Assembly (NCBI GenBank): GCA_051745385.1
Contig: JBNJDZ010000007.1
Span: 3,235 to 67,234 of the forward strand
Source of the DNA: Pseudomonadota bacterium
GTDB taxonomy: Bacteria; Pseudomonadota; Gammaproteobacteria; Enterobacterales; Alteromonadaceae
Direction: 5' to 3'
Length of the DNA stretch: 64,000 nucleotides
Positions 9,929 to 21,531 of this stretch are shown here, piece after piece. Position 1 is the stretch's first letter; every line of letters starts with the position of its first letter. Under the pieces are notes generated by a model, which worked only from the letters and a program-made list of their open reading frames with translations, was not told the origin of the DNA and did not search any database. Position numbers and translations under genes: made by a program.

Positions 9929-11368
9929 ATGTTACCTGTTGTCGCGCTGGTTGGGCGCCCAAATGTGGGGAAATCCACGCTTTTTAATCGTTTAACGCGG
10001 TCACGCGACGCACTGGTAGCGGACTTTCCCGGGTTAACCCGGGATAGGAAATACGGTCAGGCAAATTACGACGGTTTTCAGTTTATTGTTATTGATACCG
10101 GTGGTATTCATGGCGATGAAGAGGGCATTGATGAAGAAATGGCAAAGCAGTCTCTGCTTGCTGTTGATGAGGCCGATGTTGTTCTCTTTATGGTCGATGC
10201 CCGCGATGGTGTGACCGTTGGCGATCAAGCTATTGCCGACCATTTACGTAAGCAGAATAAGAAAGTTTATCTGGTCTGTAACAAAATTGATGGTATCGAT
10301 GCGGATTCTGCGATGGCCGATTTTTATTCGCTGTCTTTGGGCGAACTCTACGGTGTCGCTGCAGCTCATGGGCGAGGGGTTGAGCAGTTATTAGAAACTT
10401 GCTTTAGGCCAATAGCGGAAGAGTATCCCGATGTTATCGTGCCCAAGGACGTTGAGTCTGAAGAGCTTGAGCACGACGAAATCGATTACGAAAAGCTGCC
10501 GTTAAAGCTGGCTATTGTTGGCCGTCCTAATGTTGGTAAATCAACTTTAATTAACCGAATACTGGGTGAGGAACGGGTTGTTGTTTACGACATGCCGGGT
10601 ACCACGCGTGATTCGGTTTATATCCCCATGCAACGCAACGAACGCGAATATGTTCTGATTGATACCGCAGGTGTCCGTCGCCGTGGGCGTATTGGTGAGG
10701 CTATTGAGAAGTTCTCTGTGGTGAAGACATTGCAGGCAATTGAGGACGCGAACGTTGTCCTTATTGTGGTTGATGCACGTGAAACCATCAGTGATCAGGA
10801 TCTTAATTTAATTGGCTTTGCATTAAATGCCGGTCGTTCAATTGTTCTTGCAGTGAACAAGTGGGATGGTTTGCAAAACGACCACAAAGAAGAGATTAAG
10901 CGAGAGCTTGATCGTCGCTTAGGCTTTGTCGATTTTGCACGGTTACATTTCATCTCGGCTTTGCACGGTACCGGCGTAGGGCATTTGTTTGAGTCAGTGG
11001 AAGAAGCCTACAAAAGTGCAACTCAGCGTATCAGTACTTCTAAGCTCACTAAAATAATGGAAATGGCGCAGGAAGAACATCAGCCACCATTGGTTAGCGG
11101 CCGTCGGGTGAAGTTAAAATATGCGCATGCCGGGGGCTATAACCCGCCTCGTATAATCATTCATGGTAATCAGGTTAAAGACTTACCTGGCGCTTACCAG
11201 CGTTATCTCATCAATTATTTCCGTAAAGCGCTGGGTGTAATGGGAACGCCGATAAAAGTGGAATTCCGCGAGCCAGTTAACCCGTATGAAGGTAAGAAAA
11301 ATCAACTGACTCTGTCGCAGCAGCGAAAACGCCGGCGTTTGATGAAGTTCCTGAAAAAGAAAAAATAG
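9929..11368 (+). CDS. der: Ribosome-biogenesis GTPase Der (EngA), tandem GTPase domains
   Basis: Carries two G1 motifs (GRPNVGKST twice), two DTxG motifs, NKxD motifs and a KH-like C-terminal domain with a basic tail. Confidence 0.95.
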   Translation: MLPVVALVGRPNVGKSTLFNRLTRSRDALVADFPGLTRDRKYGQANYDGFQFIVIDTGGIHGDEEGIDEEMAKQSLLAVDEADVVLFMVDARDGVTVGDQAIADHLRKQNKKVYLVCNKIDGIDADSAMADFYSLSLGELYGVAAAHGRGVEQLLETCFRPIAEEYPDVIVPKDVESEELEHDEIDYEKLPLKLAIVGRPNVGKSTLINRILGEERVVVYDMPGTTRDSVYIPMQRNEREYVLIDTAGVRRRGRIGEAIEKFSVVKTLQAIEDANVVLIVVDARETISDQDLNLIGFALNAGRSIVLAVNKWDGLQNDHKEEIKRELDRRLGFVDFARLHFISALHGTGVGHLFESVEEAYKSATQRISTSKLTKIMEMAQEEHQPPLVSGRRVKLKYAHAGGYNPPRIIIHGNQVKDLPGAYQRYLINYFRKALGVMGTPIKVEFREPVNPYEGKKNQLTLSQQRKRRRLMKFLKKKK

Positions 11369-11376
11369 TGTTGATA

Positions 11377-11408
11377 GAAAAAAGCCTGCAAACATTGCAG
11401 GCTTTTTT
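11377..11408. terminator. Bidirectional Rho-independent terminator between der and hslO
   Basis: Sequence AAAAAA-GCCTGCA-aacat-TGCAGGC-TTTTTT. The stem is flanked by an A-tract and a T-tract, and it sits between convergent genes. Confidence 0.8.
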
Positions 11409-11413
11409 ATTGA

Positions 11414-12244
11414 TTAATTGAAGTCTGAAGGCGCAAAGCGATATTCCGTCAGGCAATAATCGCAAGTCATTACAATTTCACCTTCTTGCGCCAAAATTTC
11501 ATGAATTTCTTCAGAGCTTACTGACGCCAAAGCCTCTAAGGTTCGTTCACGCGAACAACCACAAACAAAGCTAACACCTTGTGATGGGTACAAATGGACT
11601 TTTTCTTCGTGGTAAAGGCGATGTAGCAACTCTTCAGCAGGTAAAGTATAAATTTCTTTTGCCGTAATAGTGTCGGTCAGTGTTGCCAGGTGCTCAAAGC
11701 CGCTTAAGTCTTTTCCTGTAGCGGGTAAGCGCTGCAATAACATTCCGGCAGCATGTTCGCCGTCGGCGTGTAACCAGACTCGGGTGTGCAGCTGTTCTGA
11801 CTGTTCAAAGTAGTTTTCCAGCATAGTAGCAATTGAGTCGGCGTCAGCACTTACAACACCCTGATAGCGTTCACCGGTATCGGGTGTCAACGTGATAACA
11901 AGCTGCCCTTTTCCTATCATTGAGCGCAGATCGGTAGCTCCAGGTTCGCTTCTTAACCGTGCAATGCCTCTGAGTTCCTGATTATGGTTACCATTAACAG
12001 CGATAAAATTGAGCGGGCCATCTCCCTGAAGTTGCACGGCTATGTGGCCGTTAAACTTTAATGTTGCCGTAAGTAAAGATACTGCTGCCATCATTTGCCC
12101 CAGTAGCTCCTGAACCGGCGCTGGATAATCGTGACCACGAATTAAGGTTTGGTAACTGCTGGTCAACTGAACGAGCTCACCGCGCACATCGTGCTCTTCA
12201 AAGGTGTAACGTGACAATTGATCAGTTGGGTATTCCATGGACAC
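11414..12244 (-). CDS. hslO: Redox-regulated chaperone Hsp33
   Basis: The C-terminal zinc-centre cysteines CGCS...CDYC are present. The length is 276 aa. It is adjacent to hslR, as in E. coli. Confidence 0.92.
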   Translation of the reverse strand: MSMEYPTDQLSRYTFEEHDVRGELVQLTSSYQTLIRGHDYPAPVQELLGQMMAAVSLLTATLKFNGHIAVQLQGDGPLNFIAVNGNHNQELRGIARLRSEPGATDLRSMIGKGQLVITLTPDTGERYQGVVSADADSIATMLENYFEQSEQLHTRVWLHADGEHAAGMLLQRLPATGKDLSGFEHLATLTDTITAKEIYTLPAEELLHRLYHEEKVHLYPSQGVSFVCGCSRERTLEALASVSSEEIHEILAQEGEIVMTCDYCLTEYRFAPSDFN

Positions 12245-12267
12245 TCCTATTTATCGACGACAGGGGC

Positions 12268-12669
12268 TTACTCACCGCTATCTTTCATTCTGATAAGTTG
12301 ACGGCGCTGTTTTTTATCCGGCCGTCCTTCCGGGTGCGGATTATACAACGCATTAAGCTTTCTTGCTTCAGCATTTTGCTCACGTCTTTCAACGCTTTCT
12401 GCGGTTTCCTGATAGAGTAACTGAGCTTCACTTGCGCCGCGACGTTGCTCACTTAAAGCCAGCACTTCGACTTCTTTGGTGTCAAAGCCCTGCCGTAAAG
12501 TAATAACAGCGCCCACCTGTACAATTTTTGAAGGCTTGCTACGCTGCCCGTCATAATGTACTTTGCCTGACTGAACCATTTGCCGGGCAAGCGCTCTGGT
12601 CTTATAAAACCTGGCGGCCCATAGCCATTTATCAAGGCGAATAGAGTTCTCTTTTCGATTTTTTGTCAT
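12268..12669 (-). CDS. hslR: Ribosome-associated heat-shock protein Hsp15 (S4 domain)
   Basis: RLDKWLWAARFYKTRALA...GKVHYDGQRSKPSK closely matches Hsp15 as I recall it. Confidence 0.92.
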   Translation of the reverse strand: MTKNRKENSIRLDKWLWAARFYKTRALARQMVQSGKVHYDGQRSKPSKIVQVGAVITLRQGFDTKEVEVLALSEQRRGASEAQLLYQETAESVERREQNAEARKLNALYNPHPEGRPDKKQRRQLIRMKDSGE

Positions 12670-12780
12670 AAAAACGCAACGAATTCGTTATAAACTTTGT
12701 GTTAATCGATTGTTGACTCATGTTGCCTGCGCTAGAATGCATGAATCGTCTTTTGTCAGTGTAACAAGAATAAGAATAAA

Positions 12781-13710
12781 GTGACTGTCCGACTCAAACA
12801 AATATTTACAGATCCTCAAATGTGGCGCAGGCTAATGCAGGCGTTCACGGCTTTCGCGTGGTTTTTGGTCGCGGTACTACTGGCGCGTTTTACCTGGTCC
12901 TTAATTAATCCGGCTGAGCCGGAGGGAACTGCGGTCTTACCAAAAGTGGCAGTTGATGTTGCGGATAATCGGAACGCTGATTTAAGTAGCTTAAAATCAT
13001 TAAATTTATTTGGTGCGGCTGAACAAAATAACCGTTCAGCTAATACTCGCAACGCGCCAAAAACATCATTGAACGTACGTTTAATTGGGGTTTCTGCCAG
13101 CTCTAATCCAGAGCGTTCAGCCGCTATTATCCAGCAAGGAAGCAAGCAGCAAACCTATGTTATAGGTGAGAACCTCGGAAGCTCATCAGTTACCGTTGAA
13201 GAAATTCATGCTGATCGTGTCATTCTTGATAATAACGGGCGTTTAGAAACTCTGGAAATGGAAGATATTGGTGAAGACAGACCTGCACTATCGCTGGTTA
13301 TTGATGGTTCAGGAAATGGCGGCGGGGCTTTTGTCCCGGAAGATGACGAAGGTTCTGATGCTGATGAAAGTAACCTTCCAGATGACGCAAGTGTTGAGGA
13401 GCAGTTGGCTCAGGTCGCCAATAACCCTTCTTCTTTATTAGATTACGTGAGTATTTCGCCGGTTCAGAGTAATGGTCAACTCAAAGGGTATAAATTAAAT
13501 TCGGGCAAAAACCCTGAATTGTTTCGAGAAGCAGGTTTTCAAAACGGTGACTTAGCAGTAGCCATTAATGGCTATGACCTGACTGATATGGAGCAAGCAA
13601 TGCTGGCCAGTCAGGAACTCTCAGAGCAAAAGCAAGTCAGTATCGAAATTGAGCGCGACGGTGAACGTATGGAGCTGTCGTTTGAGCTACCGGAAAAACA
13701 GGATAATTAA
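12781..13710 (+). CDS. gspC: Type II secretion system protein C
   Basis: Has an N-terminal TM anchor, an HR region and a C-terminal PDZ-like segment (GYKLNSGKNPELFREAGFQNGDLAVAINGYDL). It is the first gene of the gsp cluster and uses a GTG start. Confidence 0.85.
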   Translation: MTVRLKQIFTDPQMWRRLMQAFTAFAWFLVAVLLARFTWSLINPAEPEGTAVLPKVAVDVADNRNADLSSLKSLNLFGAAEQNNRSANTRNAPKTSLNVRLIGVSASSNPERSAAIIQQGSKQQTYVIGENLGSSSVTVEEIHADRVILDNNGRLETLEMEDIGEDRPALSLVIDGSGNGGGAFVPEDDEGSDADESNLPDDASVEEQLAQVANNPSSLLDYVSISPVQSNGQLKGYKLNSGKNPELFREAGFQNGDLAVAINGYDLTDMEQAMLASQELSEQKQVSIEIERDGERMELSFELPEKQDN

Positions 13711-13711
13711 T

Positions 13712-15796
13712 ATGAATGTGGCGAAGAGTGGCTTAAAAGCATGGCTGGGAGCCTTGGGAGTAACTTTAACTCTTATGAGCTCGCCATTAAGCAGCGAAGA
13801 GTATGCCGCTAGTTTCAAAAACACCGACATCAATGAATTCATTCAGGTGGTTGGACGTAATCTTGAGAAAACCATCATTATCGATCCAAACGTCAGGGGC
13901 AAAATTGATGTCCGTAGCTACGATGTAATGAATGAAGAGCAGTACTATCAGTTTTTCCTGAATGTGCTTGAAGTTTATGGCTTTGCTATTGTCGAAATGG
14001 AATCTGGGGTGTTGAAAGTCATTCGTGACAAGGACGCAAAAACCTCATCTCTGCCTGTGTTGGACAGAGATACCCGTGGCTCAGGCGACACCATGGTAAC
14101 CCGTGTTGTGCCGGTAGAGAACGTATCAGTACGTGAGTTGGCCCCTTTGCTTCGCCAGTTGAACGATCAAAGTGGCGGCGGCATGGTCGTCAGCTATGAC
14201 CCCTCCAATGTGATTATGATGACTGGCCGCTCGGAAACTGTGCAGCGCTTAGTCGAGATTATTGAGCGAGTTGATCAGGCAGGTGATCAGGATGTTGATA
14301 TGATCAGCCTGGAGTACGCATCCGCAAGTGAAATTGTACGTATTGCCCAGTCGCTTTATGAAAAAAATAACGAAGGTGTGCCAGCCTTGCTTATTCCCAA
14401 AATTGTCGCTGATGATCGCAGTAACAGCGTTATTGTGAGTGGCGAACCTCGTGCCAGGTCTCGTGTCGTTAAGCTTATAAAGCAGCTCGATCAAGATTTA
14501 AAAACTGAGGGTAATACGCGGGTTTTCTATCTGAAATATGCGAAAGCACCGGAAGTGGTTGAAGTATTGAAGAACGTCAGCAGTTCTATTCAGGCAGAAG
14601 TTGAGCAGCAATCAAGTAGCGGAAATAACAATCAACGTCGCAGTCGTGGTGGAGATGAAACCGTTAGTATCAGCCCTCACGAGCCAACAAATTCGGTGGT
14701 TATTACGGCACAAAAAGACATGCTGGGATCACTGGAAAAAGTGATTCACGATTTGGATATTCGCCGGGCTCAGGTCCAGGTCGAGGCTATCATTGTTGAA
14801 ATCATGGAAGGCGATGATGTGAACTTTGGTGTTCAATGGATTAGCGAAGATGGTGGCATGGTGCAGTACAATGACGGAAACCAGGTGCCTATTGGTAGCT
14901 TAGCTGCGGGGGCTTATCAGGCTCGAGAAAGAGAGGGTACAACGACAACTCGTGTCACCGATGGCGGCGTTGAAGTTACTACCACGGAACCTGACGAACC
15001 GGGTGATATTTCGTTGCTGGCTGAGTTACTCGGTTCGGTAAACGGCATGATGTTCGGCACCATCAAAAATGACTGGGCGGCGGTTGTACAGGCGGTCACT
15101 CAGGATTCTCGTTCAAATATTCTGGCAACACCCAGTATTGTCACTGTTGATAACGAAGAGGCGAGTTTTCTAGTGGGTCAGGAAGTACCCACTATTAGCG
15201 GTTCGACCACTGGCGACAACAACGACAATCCATTCCAGACAGTTGATCGCACCGAGATAGGTATCAAATTAAATGTAACCCCTCAGATTAACGAGGGTGA
15301 TGCTGTGCAAATGACGATAGAGCAGGAAGTTTCCAGCTTGAGTGGGGCCACAGCGGTTGACGTTATTATTAATAAGCGTGAATTAAAAACGACAGTGATG
15401 GCTGATGATGGCGAAACCATTGTATTGGGCGGCTTGATTGATGAAGACGTGCAGGAGTCGGTATCTAAAATTCCTTTACTGGGTGATATTCCGATTTTAG
15501 GTAAGCTATTCAGTTCAACATCTACTTCTAAGCAGAAAAGAAACTTGATGGTCTTTATCCGTCCGACCATCGTGCGTGACGGTAATCGTATGCGTGAATT
15601 GAGCTCGGCTAAGTATAACTATATGCGAGCTCTACAGTTAGATGAGCGTGCGCGTGGTATTTCTTTGATGCCCACCGAAGACTCTCCATTGTTAAATGAC
15701 TGGGACAGTGAATTAACTTTGCCTCCGGGGTTCGATGAATACCTGAAGAACCAAGGTGAAAACGACGACAAAGACAAAGAGTCAACAAATGACTGA
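13712..15796 (+). CDS. gspD: Type II secretion system secretin GspD (694 aa)
   Basis: Has a signal peptide, N0-N3 domains and a secretin core ([21 protein letters not shown]). The start was trimmed to the ATG at 13712, in the TAATATG junction with gspC. Confidence 0.93.
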   Translation: MNVAKSGLKAWLGALGVTLTLMSSPLSSEEYAASFKNTDINEFIQVVGRNLEKTIIIDPNVRGKIDVRSYDVMNEEQYYQFFLNVLEVYGFAIVEMESGVLKVIRDKDAKTSSLPVLDRDTRGSGDTMVTRVVPVENVSVRELAPLLRQLNDQSGGGMVVSYDPSNVIMMTGRSETVQRLVEIIERVDQAGDQDVDMISLEYASASEIVRIAQSLYEKNNEGVPALLIPKIVADDRSNSVIVSGEPRARSRVVKLIKQLDQDLKTEGNTRVFYLKYAKAPEVVEVLKNVSSSIQAEVEQQSSSGNNNQRRSRGGDETVSISPHEPTNSVVITAQKDMLGSLEKVIHDLDIRRAQVQVEAIIVEIMEGDDVNFGVQWISEDGGMVQYNDGNQVPIGSLAAGAYQAREREGTTTTRVTDGGVEVTTTEPDEPGDISLLAELLGSVNGMMFGTIKNDWAAVVQAVTQDSRSNILATPSIVTVDNEEASFLVGQEVPTISGSTTGDNNDNPFQTVDRTEIGIKLNVTPQINEGDAVQMTIEQEVSSLSGATAVDVIINKRELKTTVMADDGETIVLGGLIDEDVQESVSKIPLLGDIPILGKLFSSTSTSKQKRNLMVFIRPTIVRDGNRMRELSSAKYNYMRALQLDERARGISLMPTEDSPLLNDWDSELTLPPGFDEYLKNQGENDDKDKESTND

Positions 15797-17273
15797 AGCG
15801 AGTGCTATTGCAACAACCCGTTTACCTTTTGGCTTCGCAAAGCGTTTTGGCGTGGTCGTTGAGCATGGTGACCCTATGGTTTTGCATTGTCGCGCCGGTA
15901 TTTCCGCAGCAGCACTGAAAGAAGTCAGGCGCGCCATGGGGCAGCCGGTGACAATAAAGGAGCACGCTGCCAGTGATTTTGAAAGTCTTCTAACCCGCGC
16001 CTATCAACGTGATTCATCCGAAGCTAAACAGTTGATGGAAGATATTGGTAATGAGTCTGACTTGTTTTCACTGGCTGATGAACTACCGCAAACTGAAGAC
16101 TTGCTGGAAAGCGAAGACGACGCGCCTATTATCAAGCTCATTAACGCTATGCTGAGTGAGGCGATAAAGGAAGGGGCTTCTGATATTCATATCGAAACCT
16201 TTGAAAAAGCCTTGTTAATTCGCTTCCGTATTGATGGTGTATTGCGTGAAGTGCTGCGACCAAACCGCAAGTTGTCGTCGCTGCTGGTGTCACGAATAAA
16301 GGTTATGGCGCAACTGGATATCGCTGAAAAGCGGGTGCCCCAGGACGGTCGCATCTCACTTTTAATTGCCGGGCGGGCGGTAGATGTTCGTGTTTCGACC
16401 ATGCCGTCGAACCATGGTGAACGGGTGGTATTGCGTTTATTGGATAAAAACAACGCGCGGCTCAATTTAACCGAACTGGGAATGACCGACGCGAACCGGA
16501 AAATTTTCCAGGAACTGATATATAAACCACACGGTATTATTTTGGTGACTGGTCCGACGGGGTCGGGTAAGAGTACGACCTTGTATGCAGGTCTTAGCGA
16601 AATAAACTCAAAAGACCGTAACATTCTGACCGTAGAAGACCCGATAGAATACGCTATTGATGGTATTGGTCAGACTCAGGTTAACCCCCGTGTTGATATG
16701 ACTTTTGCTCGTGGCTTGCGCGCTATTTTACGACAGGATCCTGATGTTGTAATGGTGGGGGAAATACGAGACGTTGAAACGGCACAAATTGCTGTGCAGG
16801 CGTCCTTAACTGGTCACCTGGTACTTTCAACTTTACATACCAACACCGCTGCCGGCGCTATTACGCGTCTGGAAGATATGGGGGTTGAGCCATTTCTACT
16901 GTCCTCCAGTTTGCTGGCTGTGCTTTCCCAGCGTTTGGTGCGGACACTTTGTACTGAGTGCAAACAGCCTCATCAGCCAGACGACGAAGAAAAAAATATG
17001 CTGGGGATCAGTGCTTCAGATACCAGCATCATATATCGCGCTGGTAGTTGTGAACGTTGTAATCATACGGGTTACCGGGGGCGGACAGGTATTCATGAAT
17101 TGCTGGTTGTCGATGATCATGTACGTGAGTTAGTGCATAACGGGCACGGTGAACAGTCCATTGAAAAGTACATCCGACAGTCGACGCCGGGTATTCGTCA
17201 GGATGGTCTGGCAAAAGTACTGAAAGGCAAAACAACGCTGGAAGAAGTGCTGCGGGTTACCCGCGAGGAGTAA
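15789..17273 (+). CDS. gspE: Type II secretion ATPase GspE (494 aa)
   Basis: Walker [10 protein letters not shown] is present, together with the tetracysteine motif CxxC...CxxC (CTECKQP...CERCNHTGY). The ATG at 15789 overlaps the gspD stop. Confidence 0.95.
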   Translation: MTEASAIATTRLPFGFAKRFGVVVEHGDPMVLHCRAGISAAALKEVRRAMGQPVTIKEHAASDFESLLTRAYQRDSSEAKQLMEDIGNESDLFSLADELPQTEDLLESEDDAPIIKLINAMLSEAIKEGASDIHIETFEKALLIRFRIDGVLREVLRPNRKLSSLLVSRIKVMAQLDIAEKRVPQDGRISLLIAGRAVDVRVSTMPSNHGERVVLRLLDKNNARLNLTELGMTDANRKIFQELIYKPHGIILVTGPTGSGKSTTLYAGLSEINSKDRNILTVEDPIEYAIDGIGQTQVNPRVDMTFARGLRAILRQDPDVVMVGEIRDVETAQIAVQASLTGHLVLSTLHTNTAAGAITRLEDMGVEPFLLSSSLLAVLSQRLVRTLCTECKQPHQPDDEEKNMLGISASDTSIIYRAGSCERCNHTGYRGRTGIHELLVVDDHVRELVHNGHGEQSIEKYIRQSTPGIRQDGLAKVLKGKTTLEEVLRVTREE

Positions 17274-17276
17274 AGG

Positions 17277-18503
17277 GTGGCAGCATTTGAATATCAGGCT
17301 GTTGAAGCTAACGGCAGAAAGAAAAAAGGGGTTTTAGAAGCCGATACTGAGCGTCAGGTGCGCCAGTTGCTGCGTGAGCAGGGCTTAATGCCATTAAGCA
17401 TAAATCCAGCCGCTGATCAGGACAGAAAAAAAACCTTAACGCCGCGGTTCGGATTGCCTCAACGTAAAGTTAAAGCTCAGGATTTAGCACTTATAACCCG
17501 TCAGTTATCTACTCTGGTGGGCTCTGCCCTTCCCATTGAACAGGCACTGTTGGCTGTTGCGGATCAAACCGAGAAGCCACGTTTGAAAAAGTTGTTAATG
17601 TCAGTGCGAAGTAAAGTCGTTGAAGGTTACGGGCTGGCTGAAGCCATGTCTGAGTTTCCCGGGGTATTTGACTCCTTATATACTGCAATGGTGGCTGCCG
17701 GGGAAAAGTCCGGCCATTTAGATACCGTACTGGACGAGTTGGCAAACTATACCGAGCAGCGGCAGCACATGAAAAGCCAGCTAACTCAGGCGCTTATCTA
17801 TCCGCTTATGCTGACTCTGGTTGCTGTTGGCATTGTTGTTTTCCTGTTGGTTTCTATTGTGCCGCAGATAGTAGATAACTTCTCAACTATGGGACAGGAA
17901 TTGCCCCCTACAACTCTTGCGATGATTGCTATCAGTGAGTTTTTGCAAAACTGGGGGCTGTGGTTGCTAATTGCTATCGCCTTAGCTTTGGTGGCTTTTA
18001 ATCAGTGGCTGCGAAACGAAAAAAATCGCCTGAAATATCACCGACGATTGTTAAAACTTCCTATGCTGGGGAAGGTCATAAGAGGGGTGAGTACGGCGCG
18101 TTTTGCCAGAACATTAAGTATTTTGACTTCCTCTGCTGTCCCGCTGCTTGACGGCTTACGCATAACATCGTCAGTGATAGGTAATTTAGCCATACGGCAG
18201 GCTGTCGATGAAGCTGCTGACCGTGTCCGCGAGGGGTCTTCGATGCGAGGTGCGCTGCAGGAAACCGGATTATTTCCACCTATGATGCTGCATATGATAG
18301 CGGCTGGCGAGAAGTCCGGTGAACTGGAGCAGATGTTGAAACGATCGGCAGATAACCAGGATAAAGAGTTTGAGAATTTGGTATCGGTCAGTTTAAAGGT
18401 ATTCGAGCCAGTGCTGATTGTGACTATGGCAGGCATCGTCTTCTTTATTGTGCTGTCTATCATTCAACCCATTTTACAATTAAATAATAGTGTAGGGCTT
18501 TAG
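17277..18503 (+). CDS. gspF: Type II secretion inner-membrane platform protein GspF
   Basis: Shows the duplicated GspF/PilC domain architecture with 3 TM segments. The length is 408 aa, with a GTG start. Confidence 0.93.
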   Translation: MAAFEYQAVEANGRKKKGVLEADTERQVRQLLREQGLMPLSINPAADQDRKKTLTPRFGLPQRKVKAQDLALITRQLSTLVGSALPIEQALLAVADQTEKPRLKKLLMSVRSKVVEGYGLAEAMSEFPGVFDSLYTAMVAAGEKSGHLDTVLDELANYTEQRQHMKSQLTQALIYPLMLTLVAVGIVVFLLVSIVPQIVDNFSTMGQELPPTTLAMIAISEFLQNWGLWLLIAIALALVAFNQWLRNEKNRLKYHRRLLKLPMLGKVIRGVSTARFARTLSILTSSAVPLLDGLRITSSVIGNLAIRQAVDEAADRVREGSSMRGALQETGLFPPMMLHMIAAGEKSGELEQMLKRSADNQDKEFENLVSVSLKVFEPVLIVTMAGIVFFIVLSIIQPILQLNNSVGL

Positions 18504-18505
18504 CT

Positions 18506-18943
18506 ATGAGACGTAATCAATCAGGTTTTTCATTAGTCGAAGTAATGGTTGTTATTGCCATTATCGGTATTCTGGCGACTATGGTGCTACCCAATGTTCT
18601 GGGCAATCAGGAAAAAGCGAATGAGCAAAAAGTTATCGCTGACATTGTTGCTTTAGAGAATGCTTTGGCACAGTATCATCTCGACAATGGTATGTTCCCA
18701 ACAACTGAGCAAGGTCTTGAAGCTTTAGTCAATGAACCGAACTTAGATCCTCAGCCGCGCAGTTATCGTCGTGGTGGCTATATCCGCCGTTTGCCGCAAG
18801 ACCCGTATGGTAATGACTATTTGTTATTGAATCCGGGCCAACATGACGACGTTGATATTTTCTCGCCGGGTCCTGATGGGCAGCCGGGCACTGATGATGA
18901 CTTCGGCAGCTGGATGATTGGCAACGACGACCGTGATCAATAA
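18506..18943 (+). CDS. gspG: Major pseudopilin GspG
   Basis: Prepilin leader and cleavage motif QSGFSLVEVMVVIAIIGILA are present. The conserved GspG C-terminus is PGPDGQPGTDDD. Confidence 0.93.
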   Translation: MRRNQSGFSLVEVMVVIAIIGILATMVLPNVLGNQEKANEQKVIADIVALENALAQYHLDNGMFPTTEQGLEALVNEPNLDPQPRSYRRGGYIRRLPQDPYGNDYLLLNPGQHDDVDIFSPGPDGQPGTDDDFGSWMIGNDDRDQ

Positions 18944-19484
18944 GCGTCGTCAATTTGGTTTTACCTTAATTGAAGTTATGCTGGTGATGGCCATTCTGGG
19001 CCTTATTGCCAGCGCTGTTGTGTTTACCCTGCCAGGCGGTGAGCGTGGCGGAGATTCTCCCCATAACGCAGCTGTTGCGTTACGTCAGCAGCTCAACTAC
19101 GCACGCGAATATGCCATGGTCAGGCAACAACCTGTTGGCCTAAAGTTTCATGAGGACGGATATCGTTTTTTATTTTGGCAGGACGAACAATGGCTGGAGA
19201 AGAGTCCTCGTGGTTTGCGGGCCCAGGAAACCGAATGGCCAATGCGCTGGGAATTTACCAGTCGGGGTATAGCAATACTTGAGCAAAGTGAGTCCTTAGA
19301 TAGTGGCCTATTCGCCGACGAAAGTGACGATGACAGTCTGGTACCCGATATTCTGATTCTTCCAAGCGGTGAGATGACATTGTTTAGTGTTCATATTGAG
19401 CATTTAAACGATCCTGAAGCGGAACGCTGGCTAATTGCCCAAAACAGTTGGTTAATTAGTATCTCCGAAGAGGCTCCGGAGTAA
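18933..19484 (+). CDS. gspH: Minor pseudopilin GspH
   Basis: Carries the FGFTLIEVMLVMAILG prepilin motif. I prefer the GTG at 18933 (leader MINKRRQFG|F) to the TTG at 18918 listed in the ORF track. The start is uncertain. Confidence 0.8.
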   Translation: MINKRRQFGFTLIEVMLVMAILGLIASAVVFTLPGGERGGDSPHNAAVALRQQLNYAREYAMVRQQPVGLKFHEDGYRFLFWQDEQWLEKSPRGLRAQETEWPMRWEFTSRGIAILEQSESLDSGLFADESDDDSLVPDILILPSGEMTLFSVHIEHLNDPEAERWLIAQNSWLISISEEAPE

Positions 19485-19486
19485 TT

Positions 19487-19879
19487 ATGCGGCTAATGCG
19501 AGGGTTTACATTAATTGAAGTGATGGTTGCTTTATCGGTCTTTAGTCTGGCTGCTTTGGCGGCTTTACAAGCGGCCAGTGGACATTTGACTGGGTTAAGT
19601 GCCCTGCAGGATAAAACCTTTGCACAGTATGTGGCTTCTAACCGTCTGGCAGAGCTTTCTATTGAAAACAGCTGGCCGCTGGAAAACGGGCGGAAAGGCC
19701 AACAAGAACAAGCTGACATTACCTGGTACTGGCAACAACAAGTAACCGAAACGGTAACACCAAATGTGGTTGCGGTAACGATCAAAGTTATGAAGAGTGA
19801 AAACGGTCGTGAACACTTTCGACTAACCCGTTACGTGCGTAAACCTGACTCAGCGGGGGAATCGCGTAATGGGCGTTAA
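19487..19879 (+). CDS. gspI: Minor pseudopilin GspI
   Basis: Carries the MRLMRGFTLIEVMVALSVF prepilin motif. Size and position are as expected in the gsp cluster. Confidence 0.88.
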   Translation: MRLMRGFTLIEVMVALSVFSLAALAALQAASGHLTGLSALQDKTFAQYVASNRLAELSIENSWPLENGRKGQQEQADITWYWQQQVTETVTPNVVAVTIKVMKSENGREHFRLTRYVRKPDSAGESRNGR

Positions 19880-20552
19880 ATCTGCAAATAGAGGCTTCAC
19901 CTTAGTTGAGGTGTTGGTCACCATGGTGATATTTGCCATTATCGGTATTGCGAGTTTTCAAGTGCTGAACCAAATGGTCAGCACAGAAGAACAATCGCAG
20001 AAACAACGTGATCAGCTAGAGCGTTTGCAGTTTAGTCAGCTGCTGATGCAGCAGGATATTCGCCAAATGGTCGCTAAACCAACGCGACCATCGGCTATGG
20101 AAATCACAACTCAGTATTTGAGTAACGACCCGAGATACTTTGATTCCGATGGTGGTGTGCTGGCTTTTGTCAGAAGCGGTTTTGATAACCCCGGTTATAT
20201 TCTGCCGCGCAGCGAATTGCAGCCCGTAGTCTACCGCTTATGGGATGGTAATTTACAGCGTGTCACAGAGACATTTGTTAATGATCGCTCGTCAGAACCG
20301 TCAATTCAGACGCTATTAGAAGATGTGAATGAACTCTCTTTTCGCTTTTATCGCAGTGAGACGGGTAGTCGCTCGAGTCAGGACACAGAAGAGGGCTGGA
20401 GCGATAGTTGGGAGAGTGAAGGTGACTTACCTCAGGCGGTTGAAGTTACTATTCGCAGTGAAACCTTTGGTACGATTAGGCGGGTGTTTCTGATTGCTGG
20501 TGTTGGTCAGTTAGCAACTGATGACTCTGAGGGGGCGCGAGGTGCCAACTAA
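19869..20552 (+). CDS. gspJ: Minor pseudopilin GspJ
   Basis: Carries the NRGFTLVEVLVTMVIFAI prepilin motif. The length is 227 aa. It overlaps gspI by 11 nt. Confidence 0.88.
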   Translation: MGVKSANRGFTLVEVLVTMVIFAIIGIASFQVLNQMVSTEEQSQKQRDQLERLQFSQLLMQQDIRQMVAKPTRPSAMEITTQYLSNDPRYFDSDGGVLAFVRSGFDNPGYILPRSELQPVVYRLWDGNLQRVTETFVNDRSSEPSIQTLLEDVNELSFRFYRSETGSRSSQDTEEGWSDSWESEGDLPQAVEVTIRSETFGTIRRVFLIAGVGQLATDDSEGARGAN

Positions 20553-21528
20553 CTTAGCCGGGTCATCGCAAAAGGGAGCGGCACTGATAACCGTACTGCT
20601 GGTTATCGCTTTAGTGTCGGTTATTGCCGTTAATTTAGGTGGCAAATTACAGTTGCAAATAACCCGTATGGGAAATCTGCAACAAGCTGAGCAGGGCTAC
20701 TGGATGTGGCTAAGCGCCGAAGATGTTTTAAAAGAAGTGCTTAAAACCGAACTGGATGAGAATGATGGTGTCGCCCATAGTGAACAAAACTGGGCGGGTC
20801 GAAGTGGGCCTTTCCCTGTCGAGGGCGGGCAAATTGCTGCACGAGTAAATGACTTATACAGCTGCTTTAACCTGAACAGTTTGACTGCTGATGAGGAAGA
20901 CCCGGGTACCCTGGAAAAACGAAAACGGCAATATAAAGCTTTGTTACAGGCATTAGATATTGATAATTATCAGGCCGAAATTTTGACTGACAGTCTGGTA
21001 GACTGGATAGATGAGGATAGCGAGTTATCCGGAAGTAATGGCGCAGAAGATCCTGACTACGAAAGCTTACCTAAGCCTTATCTTGCAGCAAATAGCCCGC
21101 TGCTGGATTTAAGTGAACTAAGAATGGTACGGGGTTACAGCGCGAAAATTGTGAATAAACTGAAGCCTGTTGTTTGTGTTATTCCGAATGAATCTGAATT
21201 AAAAATAAATATTAATACGTTGGAACAAGAGCAGGCAGCGGTACTGACCGGAGTGACAGAAGGTAAACTGTCCATTGCTGATGCAATGTCGCTTTTAGCC
21301 AATAGGCCGGAGCAGGGCTATGAGTCGGATGAAGAGTTAACCGAATTAGCTGAACTTGAAGGTATCCGTTCTGAGCTTGAGAGTGACCTCTCAGAGTTGA
21401 CGGTAAAAAGCGAGTATTTTCAACTGGTTGCGATTATCCAGTGGGGCGAGGTAGAGATGAGAGCACGCTCGGTATTACATTTAAATCAAGGTCGAGTACA
21501 GACATTGTACCGGGCGATGGGAGAATAG
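20542..21528 (+). CDS. gspK: Minor pseudopilin GspK
   Basis: Has the GAALITVLLVIALVSV N-terminal helix typical of GspK, which lacks the Glu+5 residue. The GTG at 20542 is preceded by GAGGGGG; an alternative ATG lies at 20521. Confidence 0.82.
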   Translation: MPTNLAGSSQKGAALITVLLVIALVSVIAVNLGGKLQLQITRMGNLQQAEQGYWMWLSAEDVLKEVLKTELDENDGVAHSEQNWAGRSGPFPVEGGQIAARVNDLYSCFNLNSLTADEEDPGTLEKRKRQYKALLQALDIDNYQAEILTDSLVDWIDEDSELSGSNGAEDPDYESLPKPYLAANSPLLDLSELRMVRGYSAKIVNKLKPVVCVIPNESELKININTLEQEQAAVLTGVTEGKLSIADAMSLLANRPEQGYESDEELTELAELEGIRSELESDLSELTVKSEYFQLVAIIQWGEVEMRARSVLHLNQGRVQTLYRAMGE

Positions 21529-21531
21529 CTT

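Noticed and set aside
12677-12688. Short perfect palindromes in leaders: AACGAATTCGTT upstream of hslR (12677-12688) and ACGTTTAAACGT upstream of the small membrane protein gene (33712-33723).
   Set aside because: 12-bp palindromes built around restriction-site-like cores are common by chance. There is no second copy, no known regulator motif, and no obvious sigma32 promoter nearby to tie them to.
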